63,228 nt of DNA, taken from Nemertoderma westbladi. Lineage: Eukaryota > Animalia > Xenacoelomorpha. The DNA lies in the NCBI GenBank assembly GCA_032718475.1, contig JAUCBJ010007588.1, forward strand, positions 1 through 63,228. The letters are read 5' to 3'. The notes below the pieces were generated by a model. That model was not told the DNA's origin. It made no database searches and saw nothing but the letters and a program-made list of their open reading frames with translations. The translations under genes and the position numbers were made by a program. The first letter of the stretch is position 1; the number at the start of each line of letters is the position of its first letter. Positions 62,813 through 63,228 of this stretch are shown piece by piece.

Positions 62813-63228
62813 CTAGGAACATTAATAGAAATAATTAACTCGATTTATCAAGGAAAACTTAAATTAGTTGTCGCCAATAAGTCTGGTGCTATACTAAGGT
62901 CGAGCGAGTTGGAACACTGGAAATGAGATCCTACAACTTTGTGATTAATACGGATTCATGTCTTAAATTCATTAAATCCTCGGTTTTTTTTACTTAGTAT
63001 GTATCAAGGATGTTATTACGTTACTTACGTTACGGTATCTTTTCAGGAATACCGTAGCTCAATATTTTTCCGTAACGTAAACCGTAACGTAATAACTTTT
63101 TCAATACCGTAACGTAATATTCTAATATTACTGTATATTTTTACCGTAACCCGTAACAGCCTAATATTTGTTTTATCTACCAAGCAATCATGTTGGACAA
63201 AAAAGTAAATCTTTCGACAAAAAACTTT

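Overview
AT-rich, intron-containing eukaryotic DNA (invertebrate-metazoan-like), dominated by nested transposons and large tandem arrays. Centre: a 17.6-kb BEL/Pao LTR retrotransposon (26084-43645, -) sits inside the 5' LTR of a related, internally deleted BEL/Pao element (14041-44665). That element sits in the TIR of a MULE-like DNA element (13943-46775). A third LTR of the same family lies at 1-1172. The most striking signal is that these BEL elements have no tRNA primer-binding site. The 11-12 nt next to the 5' LTR are instead exactly complementary to a segment of their own LTR, and the two sites co-vary between subfamilies, suggesting self-primed reverse transcription. The LTRs also contain co-varying RNA hairpins, and the elements carry two conserved non-env accessory ORFs. 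Two spliced host genes that the ORF track misses or shows only as fragments can be reconstructed: a 5-exon DUF5648-repeat gene (5559-11747, +) and five exons of a Na+/K+-ATPase beta-like gene (50738-62812, -) with an unusual GPI-signal-like C-terminal tail. Also present are a decayed CRE-clade LINE with an in-frame minisatellite inside its RT, several MITEs and SINEs, and four kb-scale tandem arrays, all four in introns. All alignments were done by eye; no database searches were run.
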